Source: a virus
Lineage: Duplodnaviria > Caudoviricetes
DNA: 64,000 nt
IMG/VR virus record: IMGVR_UViG_2866513116_000002
Location: 17,938-81,937 of that record
Direction: 5' to 3' (one strand)
Below the pieces are notes generated by a model. It did not search any database. It worked only from the letters and a program-made list of their open reading frames with translations, and was not told where the DNA came from. Below, one piece after another: positions 1 to 8,439 of the stretch. Numbering within the stretch: the stretch's first letter is position 1; every line of letters starts with the position of its first letter. The position numbers and the translations under genes are program-made.

Positions 1-69
1 GGTCAAGTTATTCCTCTATGGCCGTGCCTATTTGGGCGATGACGGCTGTGTTGCTTCGAAGGAGTTGGG

Positions 70-537
70 ATGAAAGACGATCCAGCAGCACTTATCCGGG
101 AGTGCACATCACAGATCAGGGCCGTGGTCGATGACCTCCTGACCGATCTCGCGGAGACGGAGAACGCGCGCCAGAGTGCCCAGGCGAAGGTGTTCGCTCC
201 GCAGCTACCGGAGCCTGACCCCACCAAACCGGCGAATTGGCGGTTCGCGGCCGACGTGATCGCGGCGGCGGATGGGTTTTCGCGATTCCGGGCGGACGAC
301 ACGTTGGTGGTGGTTCACCTACGTCGCGAAGCCGACCGTCTCGAAGCCGCCCAGCAGCAGGCCGACGCGGATGAGGAGCTGATCGAGAAGGCGGCGCGGG
401 TGCTATACGAGCGCACAGATTGGTCAGGATGTGCAGGGTCGGCCTGGGATGCACTCGACAGCGCGTATCAGAAGCCGTGGATCGACATGGCCCGTGCCCT
501 CCATGCCGCCAACCTCCTACGGGACGGTGAGAAGTGA
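70..537 (+). CDS. Phage hypothetical protein
   Basis: AAGGAG RBS before ATG; stop overlaps next start. Confidence 0.75.
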   Translation: MKDDPAALIRECTSQIRAVVDDLLTDLAETENARQSAQAKVFAPQLPEPDPTKPANWRFAADVIAAADGFSRFRADDTLVVVHLRREADRLEAAQQQADADEELIEKAARVLYERTDWSGCAGSAWDALDSAYQKPWIDMARALHAANLLRDGEK

Positions 538-1049
538 TCCTCCAGTCAGCTATCGAGCAGCACCGCCGTGAGCAGAACCCCGAAGGATATTGGGACGACG
601 ACCTGGGCAGCATCGACGACTATGCGCCGTTTGCCATGGCCCGCATTGTCGGCGGCATAGTAGCAAGCGAGCTTGGCGAGCTCGTCTCGTGGAGCAGCTT
701 CGACAACTGCCGTGAGCATGGGCTCACGGTATCGACTCCGGGCGGGTGGACATTCTGCTGGTACGAGCACCGCAACTCGGACGTGGTTCACATTGAGGGT
801 TGCCCTACCAGCGAAGTGCGCGAGTGGGGGCCGTATGGCGGTGATGACAAGTGGGACACCCTGGCCGAATTCTGGCCCGAGACCTATGAAGCCGTGGCGA
901 AGTGTCTCGTCGAGATGATTCGCCACACCATCGAGTCTTCAACTCGGCGTGCTGATTTGAAGGCGATCGGCCTGCGTCACGGGAATGTCGAACTGGAGCG
1001 TCGACGACACTGGGCGTCATTTGCGCGGGACGGCGGTGACCACGCATGA
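534..1049 (+). CDS. Phage hypothetical protein
   Basis: GTGA-coupled to neighbours in operon. Confidence 0.75.
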   Translation: MILQSAIEQHRREQNPEGYWDDDLGSIDDYAPFAMARIVGGIVASELGELVSWSSFDNCREHGLTVSTPGGWTFCWYEHRNSDVVHIEGCPTSEVREWGPYGGDDKWDTLAEFWPETYEAVAKCLVEMIRHTIESSTRRADLKAIGLRHGNVELERRRHWASFARDGGDHA

Positions 1050-1624
1050 GTTCGATGTTCGCAGACGCGTTCGCCGCAATGGGCGACGGGAAGCATCAGC
1101 CCTCTCGGAGGAATGGTTGGCTTGGCGGTGAGAGCCAGGATAAGGGCAGTAGGCAGCGCGAGACTCGCTGGCTCACTCCGAGCCCGATTGTCGATGCCCT
1201 GGGTGCCTTCGACCTGGATCCATGCGGGGCGCCTGGGCACACTTTGGCCCGTCGCACCTTCCAGATCGACGACGGGCAAGATGGCCTGGAGTTGCCGTGG
1301 GTGGGTCGGGTATTCCTGAATCCGCCATACGGCAAGCTCACCCTGCCATTCATGCGAAAGATGGCCGATCACGGGAACGGGACGGCACTCATCTTTGCGC
1401 GCACCGAAACGGCAATGTTTTTCGAGACTGTTTGGGACAGGGCGACCGCGATCCTCTTCCTCAAGGGCAGGGTGACGTTTCTTGACGCCCAGGGCGCGCC
1501 AGCGAAAGCCAACTCGGGTGCCCCTTCATGCCTGGTCGCATATGGGGCTGCTGATGCCACGGCACTGTATGAGTGCGGGCTAGATGGGATGTTCATTCGC
1601 CTGCGGGACGGCGGTGAGAAGTGA
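1046..1624 (+). CDS. Phage DNA N6-adenine methyltransferase (Dam-like)
   Basis: WLTP, FDLDPC, VFLNPPYG, ARTET and FLKGR motifs typical of phage N6A MTases. Confidence 0.9.
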   Translation: MSSMFADAFAAMGDGKHQPSRRNGWLGGESQDKGSRQRETRWLTPSPIVDALGAFDLDPCGAPGHTLARRTFQIDDGQDGLELPWVGRVFLNPPYGKLTLPFMRKMADHGNGTALIFARTETAMFFETVWDRATAILFLKGRVTFLDAQGAPAKANSGAPSCLVAYGAADATALYECGLDGMFIRLRDGGEK

Positions 1625-1917
1625 TGGCTCTCAATCCGAAGATCACCTGGCTTCTTGGGAAGCCCATTAACCCGTGTGGATGCCATGTGTGCGAGAACGA
1701 GTGGCTTCGCATCATGGATGAACTCGATCCTGATGGATGGATGAGTCGCCTGTCGCGGGGAATGATTTTGTGCCCCGAGTGTGGTTGCAAGCGCTGTCCA
1801 CGTGCGACCTATCACGAGCATTCGTGTACGCGCAGCAATGATTCGGGCCAGCAGGGATCGATATACGGCGGATTTGACGCTGGCGAGGGCGAGCCCGTGG
1901 ACGGCGGTGAGAAGTGA
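1621..1917 (+). CDS. Cys-rich (Zn-binding) phage hypothetical protein
   Basis: CGCHVC and CPECGCKRCPRATYH motifs; coupled junctions. Confidence 0.75.
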   Translation: MMALNPKITWLLGKPINPCGCHVCENEWLRIMDELDPDGWMSRLSRGMILCPECGCKRCPRATYHEHSCTRSNDSGQQGSIYGGFDAGEGEPVDGGEK

Positions 1918-2111
1918 TGGGGAACCTTAGCATTCGCAGTGGCTCACCACTGGACATTGAGGTCGACAGTTTCGACGAGGTGGTCATCGACGAGATGTAC
2001 TGGCTCACCTTAGATGAGGCCGAGGCGCTGGCTGAAGGGATTCTGTGTGCGGTAACGCTTATCCGCGAGCGTCGGCACAGCAAGCCCGTGGACGGCGGTG
2101 AATCCCGATGA
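1914..2111 (+). CDS. Phage hypothetical protein
   Basis: Coupled start and stop within junction repeats. Confidence 0.7.
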   Translation: MMGNLSIRSGSPLDIEVDSFDEVVIDEMYWLTLDEAEALAEGILCAVTLIRERRHSKPVDGGESR

Positions 2112-2296
2112 GCATGATGCACATTGCCTACGAGATTGACCGGCTGGCCGCACAGGCCAAGCGTGGCACCGAGCACGAAGACCATGACGGCTCGACATTC
2201 CCTCACGACCATTTCGGCCTGTATTGCGGGTGCGGGGCAGCGCTGGTGGATGCGTCCATGTTGCCGAGCGAGGAAGAGGACGGTGAATCCCGATGA
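2108..2296 (+). CDS. Phage hypothetical protein
   Basis: ATGA overlaps at both ends. Confidence 0.65.
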   Translation: MSMMHIAYEIDRLAAQAKRGTEHEDHDGSTFPHDHFGLYCGCGAALVDASMLPSEEEDGESR

Positions 2297-2562
2297 CCTG
2301 GCATCCCATCACCTGCGCCGAGCGTGAAGCACTCATCGACCAGGTGGGCCGTTCCTACAACGGGCCAGCAGCGCCGTACGTCCCAATCAGTGGCCGGAGT
2401 GATCTCGGCGGCGAATACGGCGATCCCTGCATCCTCACCATCTGGGGACATAGGGAGACGAAAGCGCCTCTGCTCAAGGACATTCGATACCCGGCACCCG
2501 ATTTCGATGGGCATGATTCGCGCCCGTGTGAACACTACCGATGGGAGGAGGAATCCCGTTGA
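2293..2562 (+). CDS. Phage hypothetical protein
   Basis: ATGA overlap; part of array. Confidence 0.7.
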   Translation: MTWHPITCAEREALIDQVGRSYNGPAAPYVPISGRSDLGGEYGDPCILTIWGHRETKAPLLKDIRYPAPDFDGHDSRPCEHYRWEEESR

Positions 2563-2795
2563 GCGACAGTGAAGCCCTAGCGGTCGAACAGTTCCCGGTC
2601 GAATACCGGGAGACCATGATCATCGCCTACCCGGTCATCGCGCAAATGAGCCGCAATGAGTTCTACTTCGCGAGCAGCCGTGCTCGTGACGAGGCGTTCG
2701 CTCGTGTGCTCGCCGCGAAGAACCTACGCCGCACACACGAGATGTTCCTGGAAGACCTGATGAAAGACGTGGAGAGGCGGACAAGGGATGAGTGA
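2559..2795 (+). CDS. Phage hypothetical protein
   Basis: TTG start overlapping upstream TGA after GAGGAGG RBS. Confidence 0.65.
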   Translation: MSDSEALAVEQFPVEYRETMIIAYPVIAQMSRNEFYFASSRARDEAFARVLAAKNLRRTHEMFLEDLMKDVERRTRDE

Positions 2796-3120
2796 CAACG
2801 TGATTGATACCGAACATCTCGAACGTCAGCGAGAGTTCTCGCTCCGCACATTCGGGCCGGGTCAGCGGCTAGCGGGGGTTCTCGACCACATTCGTAAGGA
2901 ACTCAAGGAGATTGAGGACAGCCCGGACGACATCACCGAATGGGCCGACCTGATCATTCTGGCGTTCGACGGCGCTATGCGATCTGGCCACGAACCCCAA
3001 GACATCATCGACGCGATCAAAACCAAGCAGACGAAGAACGAGCAGCGGGAGTGGCCAGACTGGCGGACTCAAGACCCGAACAAGGCCATCGAGCACGTGC
3101 GAGAGGCGGACAGGGGATGA
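2788..3120 (+). CDS. DUF550 / dATP-dGTP pyrophosphohydrolase (MazG-like) protein
   Basis: TFGPG...HIRKELKEIE...EWAD...KNEQREWPDWR...EHVR signature. Confidence 0.85.
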   Translation: MSDNVIDTEHLERQREFSLRTFGPGQRLAGVLDHIRKELKEIEDSPDDITEWADLIILAFDGAMRSGHEPQDIIDAIKTKQTKNEQREWPDWRTQDPNKAIEHVREADRG

Positions 3121-3362
3121 GCGACCCAGCCGTGGAGGCGGCATGGAGGGCATTCGGTGCGCTGTGGCCAGACCAAGGCCACTTCGAGTTTGACTTTGAT
3201 TCGAAAGACTATGCGCTGCTCACCGCCCGCGAGATGGCCGCACCGATCCGGGAGCTGCACAAGCCACGTGGCAGCGGCAGGTTTCAAGAATGCATTGAAT
3301 GCCACACGCCGTGGCCCTGTGCCACAGCGCGTCTCGTCTACACCGAGGAGGAACTGTCGTGA
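3117..3362 (+). CDS. Phage hypothetical protein with Zn-binding motif
   Basis: ELH...CIEC...WPCATA motif common in actinophage small proteins. Confidence 0.75.
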   Translation: MSDPAVEAAWRAFGALWPDQGHFEFDFDSKDYALLTAREMAAPIRELHKPRGSGRFQECIECHTPWPCATARLVYTEEELS

Positions 3363-3622
3363 GTGACGCAGAAGATCGGGCACAGGAATTGCTGTCCTAC
3401 TACGACTCGTGCCGCGGACGCGGCACGACCATCGCACTCACGGCGGACACCACTGACACCATCCGCGACCTCATAGCCGACCTCACCAAGGCCCGCAACG
3501 TGATCGAGCAGGTGCGGGAGGTAGTCGCCGAGATGTTGGAACAGCTCGTTTCTGGGCCGGAGCGTCGCGATGTCGAGCGAATCGCGAGCATCCTCGCCGA
3601 CGCTGAGGGGAGTGGACAGTGA
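3359..3622 (+). CDS. Phage hypothetical protein
   Basis: GTG start overlapping upstream stop. Confidence 0.7.
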   Translation: MSDAEDRAQELLSYYDSCRGRGTTIALTADTTDTIRDLIADLTKARNVIEQVREVVAEMLEQLVSGPERRDVERIASILADAEGSGQ

Positions 3623-4158
3623 GCGAACTACGCGACCTTGACGACATCCTCGACGATCGACGTCACCTCGCCTACGTCAGCGACGGCACCAGTGGCAGTG
3701 AGAAGGTCGGGCGACTGCTCAATGACGTTGCGCCACTAGTGGATGAGGTTAGGCGTCTCCATAACGTGATCGAGCGGGTGCGGGAATACCTGGAGAACGA
3801 CTGTGGACCATTCATCGCCGCAGATGGGTTCCAATCGTTTCGAGGGGCCGACCGTTCTCGCCTACTGGCCATCCTCGCCGACGCTGAGGGGAGTGGACAG
3901 CGCGCCAACGGGTTTGCGGTGGTGGAGCTGCCGAAGCCGACGGACACATATAACCACCTGACCGAAACATCAATGATGGGCTGGGAGATCCCATCGTGGG
4001 AACACTTCGTCGAAACCATCGGCAACGAAGTGCAACTGTCGTACAACGGAGAGCCCGAGGAACCGTTCAGCTCCGAGGTTGCCCGAGCGTTCGCCGCTGC
4101 CCTCTTGGCCGCTGCCGACGCTGCTGATCGTGCCGGGGACGACGGGGAGGGGCGATGA
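3619..4158 (+). CDS. Phage hypothetical protein, apparent fusion of two modules
   Basis: Internal copy of the 31-nt C-terminal junction of the upstream gene. Confidence 0.7.
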   Translation: MSELRDLDDILDDRRHLAYVSDGTSGSEKVGRLLNDVAPLVDEVRRLHNVIERVREYLENDCGPFIAADGFQSFRGADRSRLLAILADAEGSGQRANGFAVVELPKPTDTYNHLTETSMMGWEIPSWEHFVETIGNEVQLSYNGEPEEPFSSEVARAFAAALLAAADAADRAGDDGEGR

Positions 4159-5642
4159 GAACCGGCTCCCTCTTCTCCGGCTATGCCGGTCTCGACATGG
4201 CCGTCAACGCGCACTTCGGCAGCGAGACAGCCTGGTTCGTCGAGAAGGACGCCGCGCCCGCCCGCATCCTCGCCCACCACTGGCCCGACGTACCCAACCA
4301 CGGCGACATCACCGCGATCGACTGGGCGGCGGTCGAGCCCGTCGACATCCTCACGGGCGGCTTCCCCTGCCAGGACGTGAGCGCCGCCGGCAGACGGGCC
4401 GGTATTCGCGAGGGCACCCGGTCTGGTCTATGGTCCTACTTCGCCACAGCCATCAATCAGCTCAAGCCCCGAATGGTGGTGATCGAGAATGTCCGAGGAC
4501 TCCTATCAACCGCAGCCCATCGCCCAGTGGAATCCGTTGCGGATGCTATGGGAGACGGAGCAGGGAGACCTGTTCTCCGAGCACTTGGAGCCGTACTCGG
4601 CGACCTTTGCGACATCGGGTATGACGCGCAATGGACGACTGTTGCCGCTGCCGACGTCGGCGCCTGCCACCGACGAGAACGGGTCTTCATTGTCGCCACT
4701 CCTCGCGACGCCCCGCGCGTCTCGGGGCGCGAGTTCGAAGGCACTTCTGCCGACGCCGAGCGTGGCGGATGGGATGGGCGGGCATCTGACGAGATCGGGG
4801 AGCCGGTCGGACGAGTTGCTATTACCGGGAGTAGGGAAGCTCCTGCCGACGCCGGTGACCGAACCCGAGACAGGGAACGGGAACGCACGGAACCTCGGCA
4901 AGGAGGTGAGGTTGCTACCGACGCCGAGCGCATCGAACCCGAACGACGGCGAGGATCTGGCCTCGTGGGAGGCGCGCCGGGATCGTCTGAAGGCGCAGGG
5001 CTGCAACGGGAATGGGATGGGGACGCCGCTCGGCGTCGCGGTGCGGAAGCTGTAGCACTGCCCCCGACTCCGCGGGCTATGGATGGCCACGGGTCGATGG
5101 TTGCCCCGGCCGCGCGTCAGCACGTCGCCGACGGCGCCGGGTCGCTCCCCGAGGTGCTGGGCGTGCATCTACTCCCGACACCCAAGCAGACCGACCACAA
5201 GCACAACGACACCGCCGGCGAACGGGATCGGCGGAGCCCGTCCCTGGGTGCAGTGAACGCACTCCTTCCCACCCCGAATGCCAGCGACAGCACGGGCGGT
5301 GGTCAGCACCCCGACAAGCGTGAAGGGCACTCGCGTCAACTGATCGACTACGCGTTGACGGTGGCGACCGACTGGGGCGACTACGAGCCCGCGATCCGCC
5401 GCGCCGAGAAGGCTTCCGGACGTCCCGCGCCAGCGCCAACCGAGTTGAGCCGCAACGGCAACCCTCGACTGTCGTCCCGGTTCGCCGAGTGGATGATGAT
5501 GCTGCCTGAGGGGCATGTCACCGGAGTCGGGTTGTCGCGTAACGAGGAGTTGAAAGCCATTGGTAACGGAGTTGTTCCTGCGCAAGCCTTTGCGGCGCTG
5601 GGGATTCTGACGCCGATCGCCGAGAGCCTGGGGGTGGCCTGA
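4155..5642 (+). CDS. DNA (cytosine-5) methyltransferase
   Basis: FSGYAG (motif I), GGFPCQ (IV), ENV (VI), RRERVF (VIII), EWMM and IGNGVV (IX/X). Confidence 0.92.
   Translation: MRTGSLFSGYAGLDMAVNAHFGSETAWFVEKDAAPARILAHHWPDVPNHGDITAIDWAAVEPVDILTGGFPCQDVSAAGRRAGIREGTRSGLWSYFATAINQLKPRMVVIENVRGLLSTAAHRPVESVADAMGDGAGRPVLRALGAVLGDLCDIGYDAQWTTVAAADVGACHRRERVFIVATPRDAPRVSGREFEGTSADAERGGWDGRASDEIGEPVGRVAITGSREAPADAGDRTRDRERERTEPRQGGEVATDAERIEPERRRGSGLVGGAPGSSEGAGLQREWDGDAARRRGAEAVALPPTPRAMDGHGSMVAPAARQHVADGAGSLPEVLGVHLLPTPKQTDHKHNDTAGERDRRSPSLGAVNALLPTPNASDSTGGGQHPDKREGHSRQLIDYALTVATDWGDYEPAIRRAEKASGRPAPAPTELSRNGNPRLSSRFAEWMMMLPEGHVTGVGLSRNEELKAIGNGVVPAQAFAALGILTPIAESLGVA
4489..5055 (+). CDS. Nested +1-frame ORF inside the C5 MTase, with LLPTP repeats
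   Basis: 188-codon frame carrying four LLxTP repeat units of the same kind as the MTase C-terminal part. Confidence 0.5.
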   Translation: MSEDSYQPQPIAQWNPLRMLWETEQGDLFSEHLEPYSATFATSGMTRNGRLLPLPTSAPATDENGSSLSPLLATPRASRGASSKALLPTPSVADGMGGHLTRSGSRSDELLLPGVGKLLPTPVTEPETGNGNARNLGKEVRLLPTPSASNPNDGEDLASWEARRDRLKAQGCNGNGMGTPLGVAVRKL

Positions 5643-6313
5643 TGGGCCCCTACTACTCCGATGATCTCGTGACGCTGTATCACGGGGATTGTCTCGCGAT
5701 CACCGAGTGGCTGAAAGCTGATGTCCTGGTGACCGATCCGCCGTACGGCACACAGTTCTCGGGAGCCAATCCGAAGGGCGGCTACGGGCGGCGACAGAAT
5801 GCCGGGTTGGGGCCCGAGGGATTCACTATCGCCAACGACGGCACAACAGAGACCCGTGATGCTGCCCTCACAGCATGGGGTGATAGACCGGCAATGGTCT
5901 TCGGAAGCCCTCGGCTACCTGATCCACCGGGAGACTGGATTGACAGGCTCGTATGGGACAAGAAGCGACCCGGTATGAACGGTGGCCCTTGGCGCTATCG
6001 CCATGAATCCATCTACGTCACAGCGGGATTCGAACGACGAAACAACGAGAGTGTGTCGATACTCGCCGCTTGGCCCGACCAGAAGGACCATATTCACGCG
6101 AAACCGCTGGGCCTTATGAGCGCTCTCGTTGACTGCGTCCCAAGGGGCGCGGTGATCGCCGACCCATTCGCCGGTTCGGGGTCGACGCTCGTCGCAGCAG
6201 TCAATCAGGGCCGCAGGGCAATCGGTGTCGAGTTGGAAGAGAAGTACTGCGAGATCATCGCGCGGCGGCTGAGCAACCAGACGATGGCCTTTGACTTCGA
6301 GGCAGGTGCGTGA
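5642..6313 (+). CDS. DNA N6A/N4C methyltransferase (beta class)
   Basis: LYHGDC, TDPPYG, HAKP, DPFAGSGST motifs. Confidence 0.9.
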   Translation: MGPYYSDDLVTLYHGDCLAITEWLKADVLVTDPPYGTQFSGANPKGGYGRRQNAGLGPEGFTIANDGTTETRDAALTAWGDRPAMVFGSPRLPDPPGDWIDRLVWDKKRPGMNGGPWRYRHESIYVTAGFERRNNESVSILAAWPDQKDHIHAKPLGLMSALVDCVPRGAVIADPFAGSGSTLVAAVNQGRRAIGVELEEKYCEIIARRLSNQTMAFDFEAGA

Positions 6314-6462
6314 TGGGTCCGTACACATGCCGCTGGTGCGGCCTCGTCTTCGTCGGCCGAGGCACCACCCCGGCTGAGACCGCCGTGCAGCGCTGGTCCG
6401 ATCACACGTGGGAGCACTACACGGAATGGCGAGAAGGCTTAGACGCGAAGGCAGGTGCGTGA
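6313..6462 (+). CDS. Small phage protein, 49 aa (absent from the ORF track)
   Basis: MGPYTCRWCGLVF...EGLDAKAGA; TGATG-coupled at both ends and flanked by 17-nt repeats. Confidence 0.65.
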   Translation: MGPYTCRWCGLVFVGRGTTPAETAVQRWSDHTWEHYTEWREGLDAKAGA

Positions 6463-7475
6463 TGGCCGACCACACCGACATCGAGTGGACGGACCGGACG
6501 TGGAATCCGGTAACGGGTTGCGCCAAGGTATCTCCCGGCTGTGATCACTGCTACGCCGAGGGCATCGCTGAGCGGTTCCGCGGCGGGCCGGCGTTCCCGA
6601 ACGGCTTCGATGTCCAGCTTCGCCCGCATAAGCTGACCGAGCCGTTGCGGTGGCGGAAACCGTCAAAAGTGTTCGCGAACAGCATGTCTGACCTGTTTCA
6701 CGATTCGGTTCCCGACGAGTACATCGCGCAGGTGTTCGCCGTCATGGTCATCGCCGAGCATCACACGTTCCAAGTCCTGACGAAGCGGCATGGTCGGATG
6801 CGATCACTACTTAGCCGCAATGACTTCTGGCGCAGTGTCTACTTGGCGGCTATCGACCTGGGCGCCGACGATCCTGCTGACGTCTCGACAATCGCACCGC
6901 CGAGCAACGTGTGGCTCGGCGTCTCCACCGAGAACCAGCAGTGGGCCGACATCCGGATTCCCGCGCTGCTCGACACCCCGGCGGCGGTGCGGTTCGTCAG
7001 CGCTGAGCCGTTGCTTGGGCCGATCGAGCTGGAGTTCGTGCACTACTTCGACACCGACTGCAACGGCTGCTCGGGGATCATCTCTCCCGCACACGAACCA
7101 GCCTGTGGCAATGAACCTGGCCGCCACTGGGGTATCGACTGGGTGATCGTCGGCGGCGAGTCTGGCCCGAAAGCCCGCCCGATGCACCCGGATTGGGCGC
7201 GATCACTGCGAGACCAGTGCGCGGAGGCCGGGGTGCCGTTTCACTTCAAGCAGTGGGGTGAGTGGGTTCCCGAGTCGGCGAACCTCCACGCCGCCAAAGC
7301 CGCTGCCGCATTCCTCGACCTCGACGGCACAGTGCGGCCACTCGTCAACGGATACCCAACCACCCCGCCAATGAGTCGCGGAGAAGCCATCACGATCCGC
7401 CGCGTCGGTAAGAAACGCGCTGGCCGGGTGCTCGACGGGCGGACGTGGGACCAGTTCCCGGGCGGTGAGGCGTGA
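6462..7475 (+). CDS. Phage Gp37/Gp68 family protein (DUF5131)
   Basis: IEWTDRTWNPVTGC.KVSPGCDHCYAE, NSMSDLFH, LTKR, SAEPLLG, GGESG, FKQWG motifs. Confidence 0.92.
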   Translation: MADHTDIEWTDRTWNPVTGCAKVSPGCDHCYAEGIAERFRGGPAFPNGFDVQLRPHKLTEPLRWRKPSKVFANSMSDLFHDSVPDEYIAQVFAVMVIAEHHTFQVLTKRHGRMRSLLSRNDFWRSVYLAAIDLGADDPADVSTIAPPSNVWLGVSTENQQWADIRIPALLDTPAAVRFVSAEPLLGPIELEFVHYFDTDCNGCSGIISPAHEPACGNEPGRHWGIDWVIVGGESGPKARPMHPDWARSLRDQCAEAGVPFHFKQWGEWVPESANLHAAKAAAAFLDLDGTVRPLVNGYPTTPPMSRGEAITIRRVGKKRAGRVLDGRTWDQFPGGEA

Positions 7476-7828
7476 TGGGCTACCTACTCGGTCTTCTCAC
7501 ACTCCCCGCGATCGCGCTCGTTTGTGTGGCTCTGTGGGGCGCGTATCGGTGGCTGTGGCGTTGGTGGACAAGCCCAGTCGACCTTGACGAAGTGACCCGG
7601 GATCGCAGAGCGCACGTCACGGCGATCGTCGCATCCGAGCTGTGTGCCGCACGCCGCATGTGGCACATCAAGATCCCGGGCGGCGTCATGCTCGCGATCC
7701 GGTCCGGCGGTGTTGGTCACGACAAGGGCTACGGGTGGGTGCTACTCGACCGTCGGATGCAGGCATTCGAGAACGGAATCCGCGGCGCATTCGACGACCT
7801 CGACGAGCAGCCGGGCGGTGAGGCGTGA
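7472..7828 (+). CDS. Membrane-anchored phage protein
   Basis: N-terminal hydrophobic helix; flanked by 21-nt identical repeats. Confidence 0.7.
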   Translation: MMGYLLGLLTLPAIALVCVALWGAYRWLWRWWTSPVDLDEVTRDRRAHVTAIVASELCAARRMWHIKIPGGVMLAIRSGGVGHDKGYGWVLLDRRMQAFENGIRGAFDDLDEQPGGEA

Positions 7829-8439
7829 TGGCCACCGACCTGAAATTCATGATGCGGGTACACAATCTGATCCAGGACATCCACCTCGACGACGACCTCG
7901 ACGCCAACGCAAAACTGTTTTGCCTACTGGTCCTCGCGGACATCGCCCGCCGTCGCACACTCAGCCCGTCTGCACGACTGGCCGAGACGGTCGGGTGGAT
8001 AAACCGCATCGATGAGCGTGCCGGGCAGCCCTACTTCAGTCGCATGGTGATCCGTCGGGACGTCCCACGCTATGAGCGCGAACAGGACACCGGAGTGTGT
8101 GTTGGCGAGATGATCCGGCGTGACGGCCCATGCGGCAAGAAGGTGTACAAGACCATCGTCGACGTCGACCCCGCGACTGGGCGAGAAGTGCTCATTGGGT
8201 ACTGCACCCGCCACTGGAGCCTTGACCACGAGCAGCGAGCCAGGGAACAGCGCAGGCAATGGTACGAGAACGGCCGCCCTCGACCACCAGTCAACGCGGG
8301 AGGGGTTCTCCGGCGCCACCTCTCGACCGACTGGGATTACCTCTACGACTGGGCGGACCCGCACCGTGATCACGCCGAGGACGGCAAAGAACCCATACCG
8401 CCACGGCCAACACTGAGCCTCATTCAGGGCGGTGTCTGA
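7828..8439 (+). CDS. Phage hypothetical protein
   Basis: Coupled ORF with Cys/His motif (C..C..C.H). Confidence 0.75.
   Translation: MATDLKFMMRVHNLIQDIHLDDDLDANAKLFCLLVLADIARRRTLSPSARLAETVGWINRIDERAGQPYFSRMVIRRDVPRYEREQDTGVCVGEMIRRDGPCGKKVYKTIVDVDPATGREVLIGYCTRHWSLDHEQRAREQRRQWYENGRPRPPVNAGGVLRRHLSTDWDYLYDWADPHRDHAEDGKEPIPPRPTLSLIQGGV

Noticed and set aside
520-7831. Junction repeats as a CRISPR array or integron attC sites
   Set aside because: Spacers are whole genes of variable length, the repeats are non-palindromic and drift, and there are no cas genes or integron integrase
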